From Eubacteriales bacterium (lineage in GTDB: Bacteria > Bacillota > Clostridia > Oscillospirales > QAKW01): a stretch of DNA of 64,000 nucleotides. The stretch lies in contig JAZOSU010000001.1 in the NCBI GenBank assembly GCA_045657265.1, positions 2,653 to 66,652 of the forward strand, given 5' to 3'. Position 1 is the stretch's first letter, and every line of letters begins with the position of its first letter. Positions 59,893-64,000 of the stretch are shown here, piece after piece. The notes below the pieces were generated by a model. That model saw only the letters and a list, made by a program, of their open reading frames with translations. It had not been told where the DNA came from and searched no databases. A program made the position numbers and the translations under genes.

Positions 59893-61671
59893 TTATTTAA
59901 CGTTTGCTTTAAGAGTTTCAAGCTGTGCTTTAAGTTCAGAAGGAAGTCTGTCGCCGAATTTCTTGTAGTGTTCTTCGATTTCAGCAGCTTCTTTTGCCCA
60001 GATGTCTTTGTCAACAGCAAGAATGCCTTTGAGAACTTCGATGTCCATATCAAGATCTGTAAGGTCGATATCTTCAGGACGTGGTACGTAACCGATAGCT
60101 GTTTCAACTGCATCAGCTTTGCCTTCGCAACGGTCGATAATCCAGTTAAGAACTCTCATATTATCGCCGAAACCGGGCCAGAGGAAGTTACCATCGTCAT
60201 CTGTTCTGAACCAGTTAACGTTAAAGATCTTAGGAGCTTTGTCACCGAGTTTTTTGCCCATTTCAAGCCAGTGAGCAAAATAGTCACCCATATGGTATCC
60301 GCAGAATGGAAGCATAGCCATAGGATCGCGACGAACAACACCTACTGCACCAGCAGCAGCTGCAGTTGTTTCAGAAGCCATAGCAGAACCGATGAATACA
60401 CCGTTCTCCCAGCTCTTTGACTGATATACAAGTGGAGTACATTTAGCACGTCTACCGCCGAAGATGATAGCAGAGATCGGTACGCCTGCGCCTTTGTTGA
60501 ATTCGTCTGAAATGCAAGGACAGTTTTCAGCAGGAGCTGTAAATCTTGAGTTGGGGTTAGCAGCGCAAGTTGATTTGTCAGCTTTGTCGAATTTAGAAGC
60601 ATCCCAGTCTTTGCCTGTCCAATCAATTGCATTCTGAGGAAGATCTTTGTTAAGGCCTTCCCACCATACTGTGTTGTCTGAAAGGTCATGAGCAACGTTT
60701 GTAAAGATGGTGTTTTTCTTTGTTGATGCAAGAGCATTGAAGTTTGATTTTTCGTTAGTACCGGGAGCAACGCCGAAGAAACCGTTTTCGGGGTTAATAG
60801 CGTAAAGTCTGCCGTCGGGACCTATTCTCATCCAAGCAATGTCATCACCGATAGTCCATACTTTATAGCCTTTATCACGGAGATATTTAGGCGGAATCAT
60901 CATAGCGAGGTTTGTTTTACCGCAAGCTGAAGGGAATGCAGCAGCTACGTATTTAACTTCGCCCTGTGGATTTTCAACGCCGAGGATAAGCATATGCTCA
61001 GCCATCCAGCCTTCTTTCCAACCCTGGTAAGAAGCAATACGGAGAGCAAAACATTTTTTACCGAGAAGAACGTTACCGCCGTAACCTGAGTTAACAGAGA
61101 TAATTGTATTGTCTTCGGGGAACTGACAGATGTATCTGTATTCAGGGTCAATGTCACATCTTGAATGGAAGCAACGTACCCAGTCATTGCTGTCGCCGAG
61201 AACGTCAAGTACTTTAAGGTCAACACGTGTCATAATGATCATGTTGAGAACAACGTAGATAGAATCAGTAATTTCAATACCGATTTTAGCAAGAGGTGAA
61301 CCTATCGGACCCATTGAGAAAGGAACGATGTACATTGTCTTGCCTTTATAACTGTCACGAGCGATGTCGTAAAGTTTTGCGTACATTTCTTTGGGGTCGT
61401 ACCAGTTGTTTGTAGGACCTGCATTTTCTTTTTCTCTTGAACAGATAAATGTTCTGTCTTCTACACGGGCAACGTCATTCTGTTTTGTTCTGTGAAGATA
61501 ACAGCCGGGAAGTTTTTCCTGATTAAGCTGTTCAAGTTCGCCTGTAGAACAAGCTTCGGCGCGAAGCTCATCTCTTTGCTTGTCGCTACCGTCTACCCAT
61601 ACTACATTGTCGGGATTAACAAGATTTTTAATCTCGTCTATCCATGAGAGAACTGTTTTGTTAGTTGTCAT
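59893..61671 (-). CDS. pckG: phosphoenolpyruvate carboxykinase (GTP)
   Basis: 592 aa. The kinase-1a P-loop region (FPSACGKTN) and overall pattern fit GTP-dependent PEPCK. Confidence 0.95.
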   Translation of the reverse strand: MTTNKTVLSWIDEIKNLVNPDNVVWVDGSDKQRDELRAEACSTGELEQLNQEKLPGCYLHRTKQNDVARVEDRTFICSREKENAGPTNNWYDPKEMYAKLYDIARDSYKGKTMYIVPFSMGPIGSPLAKIGIEITDSIYVVLNMIIMTRVDLKVLDVLGDSNDWVRCFHSRCDIDPEYRYICQFPEDNTIISVNSGYGGNVLLGKKCFALRIASYQGWKEGWMAEHMLILGVENPQGEVKYVAAAFPSACGKTNLAMMIPPKYLRDKGYKVWTIGDDIAWMRIGPDGRLYAINPENGFFGVAPGTNEKSNFNALASTKKNTIFTNVAHDLSDNTVWWEGLNKDLPQNAIDWTGKDWDASKFDKADKSTCAANPNSRFTAPAENCPCISDEFNKGAGVPISAIIFGGRRAKCTPLVYQSKSWENGVFIGSAMASETTAAAAGAVGVVRRDPMAMLPFCGYHMGDYFAHWLEMGKKLGDKAPKIFNVNWFRTDDDGNFLWPGFGDNMRVLNWIIDRCEGKADAVETAIGYVPRPEDIDLTDLDMDIEVLKGILAVDKDIWAKEAAEIEEHYKKFGDRLPSELKAQLETLKANVK

Positions 61672-61754
61672 AGTCTTTCTCCTTATGTTTTTGAATTATA
61701 CATAGCAATTATATCTGCAATATAACAAAAATGCAATATAAATTTGCAAATTAT

Positions 61755-62579
61755 TTACATAAACATATTCTGATAAAATTCTGTGAATTGGTTTGGCGTA
61801 AACTGTTCGCCTCTTGCTTTATCAGAAAATCCCATAGATTCAAGTACATTTACCGCTTTTTGTTTCATGTCGGGGTTTTTGAAAAGTGATGTAAGAACCT
61901 TGCGTCTTTGGGAAAATACGTTGTTTACAAACATACAAAAATCAGATTCCTTGTCTATTGGCAAAGGCAGATTTTTTTTGAACGAGAGTTTTATTACTCT
62001 GCTTGTGACGTGGGGAGCGGGAATAAAACAGTCAGCGCTAACGTCAATTACTGTTTCTATATCGCAAAAATACTGCGTCAGTACACTTATTGCTCGGTAT
62101 CCGTCGTCTTTCGGGGTTGCTGCAAGTTTTTCGGCTGCTTCTTTCTGTATCATAACAACCGCTTTTGTCAAAAAAGAGTGATTTTTAAGCAGTTTTGAAA
62201 TAATATCTCCCGTTATATTGTAGGGCAGGTTGCCCACAACGGTAATATCACCCTCTGCAAATATTTCCGATGACAGCTTATTGATGTCGGTTTTCAGAAA
62301 ATTCTGATATATAAGCAGGTGATTTGAAACGTCGGACAGAGTCTCTTTCGTAACGTCAGAGAGTGATCTGTCTATTTCTATTGTCACCACTTTTTCAAAA
62401 AAATCACAGAGTGTTCTTGAAAGAACTCCGAGACCTGCGCCTATTTCAATGGCAAAAGGCGTACCTTTTGCAGAAGATGCAATAAGATCTATGATGTCCT
62501 GTCTGTGCAGAAAATTCTGACCGAAATTCTTATTTGCGCGAATATTATATTTTTGTATGAGTTCTTTTGTATCCATCAT
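61755..62579 (-). CDS. rsmA: 16S rRNA (adenine1518/1519-N6)-dimethyltransferase
   Basis: KNFGQNFL motif, SAM-binding EIGAGLG, and NLPYNI. Confidence 0.9.
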   Translation of the reverse strand: MMDTKELIQKYNIRANKNFGQNFLHRQDIIDLIASSAKGTPFAIEIGAGLGVLSRTLCDFFEKVVTIEIDRSLSDVTKETLSDVSNHLLIYQNFLKTDINKLSSEIFAEGDITVVGNLPYNITGDIISKLLKNHSFLTKAVVMIQKEAAEKLAATPKDDGYRAISVLTQYFCDIETVIDVSADCFIPAPHVTSRVIKLSFKKNLPLPIDKESDFCMFVNNVFSQRRKVLTSLFKNPDMKQKAVNVLESMGFSDKARGEQFTPNQFTEFYQNMFM

Positions 62580-63124
62580 TTGCGAAGAGGTTTAAAGGTT
62601 GAAAGCATTATATCTGAATTTTTTGCAAAGTAATCGTAACTTGCAGGTTCGGCTATAAAAGTATAAACGTAAACGTACTTACCGCTCTCAACAAAAGTAT
62701 GTTGCAGACGGAGATTTCCATCGGTTGTAGTGCCTTCGTATACAATTCTGTATGCCCTGCAGGTGCCGACAGTCATTTCCTGCTCGGAAATTTTGTTGTA
62801 GCCCTCAATAGATTTGGGGAGCTGATTAATGTAACCTGTGACGTAGTTATCAAAAGCCATTTCGTTTTCTTCCAGTTGCTGACATACGACAGATACGTTA
62901 TCTCTGTATTTGTCCGCAAAACCTTCGTTTGGCGTTGCAAAAGCAACGGTACGGTTTTGTTTATCTTCTGCAATTTCCCAAAAATCAGGATATTCAATTT
63001 CAACACCTATGGGAGAAGATCTGTAAAGAAGATATCCTTCGTTAGATGCGTGTCTTGAACTGCAAGAGCATAAAACGGCAAGACAAATAACCAGAATAAG
63101 CGATATACTAACAAGTTTTTTCAT
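62576..63124 (-). CDS. hypothetical lipoprotein
   Basis: 182 aa with a lipobox (LCSCSS region) after the signal. Overlaps rsmA by 4 nt. No family assigned with confidence. Confidence 0.55.
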   Translation of the reverse strand: MKKLVSISLILVICLAVLCSCSSRHASNEGYLLYRSSPIGVEIEYPDFWEIAEDKQNRTVAFATPNEGFADKYRDNVSVVCQQLEENEMAFDNYVTGYINQLPKSIEGYNKISEQEMTVGTCRAYRIVYEGTTTDGNLRLQHTFVESGKYVYVYTFIAEPASYDYFAKNSDIMLSTFKPLRK

Positions 63125-63224
63125 AAAAAAGTCTCCAAAAATAAATTTGCACCCATTATGCGGAATTATACCACAGTTTCCTATTTATGTCAAAGAATAA
63201 ATTATTAATAATGGTCTGAGACTA

Positions 63225-63253
63225 TTGTTTTTGAGATAAGTGTTTGGTATAAT
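63225..63253 (+). promoter_or_regulatory. candidate extended -10 promoter
   Basis: TTGTTT (63225-63230), 17 nt spacer, TGgTATAAT (63245-63253). Confidence 0.45.
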
Positions 63254-63284
63254 TGAATAATATAAAACTACAGGCGGAAATGAT

Positions 63285-64000
63285 ATGGATAAAAAAACGA
63301 AATATACAAGCATAGGCGGAAGCGCTCTTATCGAAGGGGTTATGATGAGAGGAAACGGAAAAATGGCGATGGCTGTCCGCCGTGCAAACGGTGAAATTGT
63401 ACTTAAAGTGCAAAAATCCGAAAACCCCAAAACAATTTTTGTGAAAATACCGGTTATCAGAGGGATTATAAACTTTGTACTTTCTATGATGACCAGTTAT
63501 AAAGCACTTATGTATTCAGCTGACGTATCAATGGCAGATATTGAAGATGAAGAAGGCGGCGGTATATCTGAAACAACAGGCAAAGTGCTTACTGTACTTT
63601 CGATGGTACTTGGCGTAGTGCTTGGGGTTGGTATGTTTATGTATCTGCCGACTTTACTTGCTGATTTGTTTTCTAAACACGTAATTGAGCTCGGTCCTGC
63701 CGTAAAACGCATAATTGTGGGGCTTGTTAAAATTGCGATTTTTATGGTGTATATGATTCTTGTATCTAAAATGGAAGATATGCGCAGAGTGTTTATGTAT
63801 CACGGCGCAGAGCATAAAACCATATTCTGCTTCGAATCAAAAGACGAGCTTTTGCCCGAAAAAGCAAAAGAATATAAACGTTTCCATCCCAGATGCGGAA
63901 CTTCGTTTATTGTAATTACTCTTATTGTCAGTATTTTTGCATCTTTGCTCATTCCGTGGAAAAACGCTCTTTTCCATTCAATACTTAAAATACTTTTTCT
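63285..64000 (+). CDS. DUF1385 (YqhQ-like) membrane protein, 3' end outside the window
   Basis: Starts MDKKTKYTSIGGSALIEGVMMRGNGKMAMAVRR, typical of DUF1385. The frame stays open to the window end, so it is absent from the ORF track. Confidence 0.8.
   Translation, partial: MDKKTKYTSIGGSALIEGVMMRGNGKMAMAVRRANGEIVLKVQKSENPKTIFVKIPVIRGIINFVLSMMTSYKALMYSADVSMADIEDEEGGGISETTGKVLTVLSMVLGVVLGVGMFMYLPTLLADLFSKHVIELGPAVKRIIVGLVKIAIFMVYMILVSKMEDMRRVFMYHGAEHKTIFCFESKDELLPEKAKEYKRFHPRCGTSFIVITLIVSIFASLLIPWKNALFHSILKILF

Overview
This 64 kb window looks like a chromosomal segment of a low-GC Gram-positive anaerobe. It resembles Clostridia (several SLH-anchored exoproteins, a Re-type citrate synthase cluster, Ddh, GTP-PEPCK), but the taxon is inference only. 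It holds about 58 densely packed protein genes, mostly housekeeping. The main blocks are: zapA-dut-maf-mreBCD-PBP2; rny; uppP-ftsK-two-component system-SLOG-ddh; purC, ppiB, murA, trmL; citrate synthase/GntR/aconitase/IDH; glyQS; rpmH-rnpA-yidD-yidC-jag-mnmE; an F-type ATP synthase operon; cysS-cysE-pgsA-rimO-recX-recA; and capD-like, mltG, pckG, rsmA. I found no rRNA, tRNA or CRISPR array. Mobile DNA is limited to two decayed IS remnants: an IS1182-like mini-element that keeps both terminal inverted repeats, and an IS3-like transposase C-terminal fragment. The only clearly accessory stretch is about 40.5-43.5 kb, and three observations stand out. (1) An unrecognised mirror-symmetric array of a 9-nt motif interleaved with six sequence-diverse GC stem-loops (41866-42040) lies directly upstream of a consensus promoter. 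That promoter drives a translationally coupled four-helix-bundle (Avd/23S-IVS family) plus voltage-gated K+ channel gene pair. (2) The same 1.5 kb unit is bracketed by 17-18 bp inverted repeats. (3) The ATP synthase operon has no separate delta gene; a delta C-terminal domain is fused to the N-terminus of alpha, and the c subunit may carry a signal-peptide-like extension. All functional calls rest on my own recognition of motifs in the supplied translations. No database search was run.
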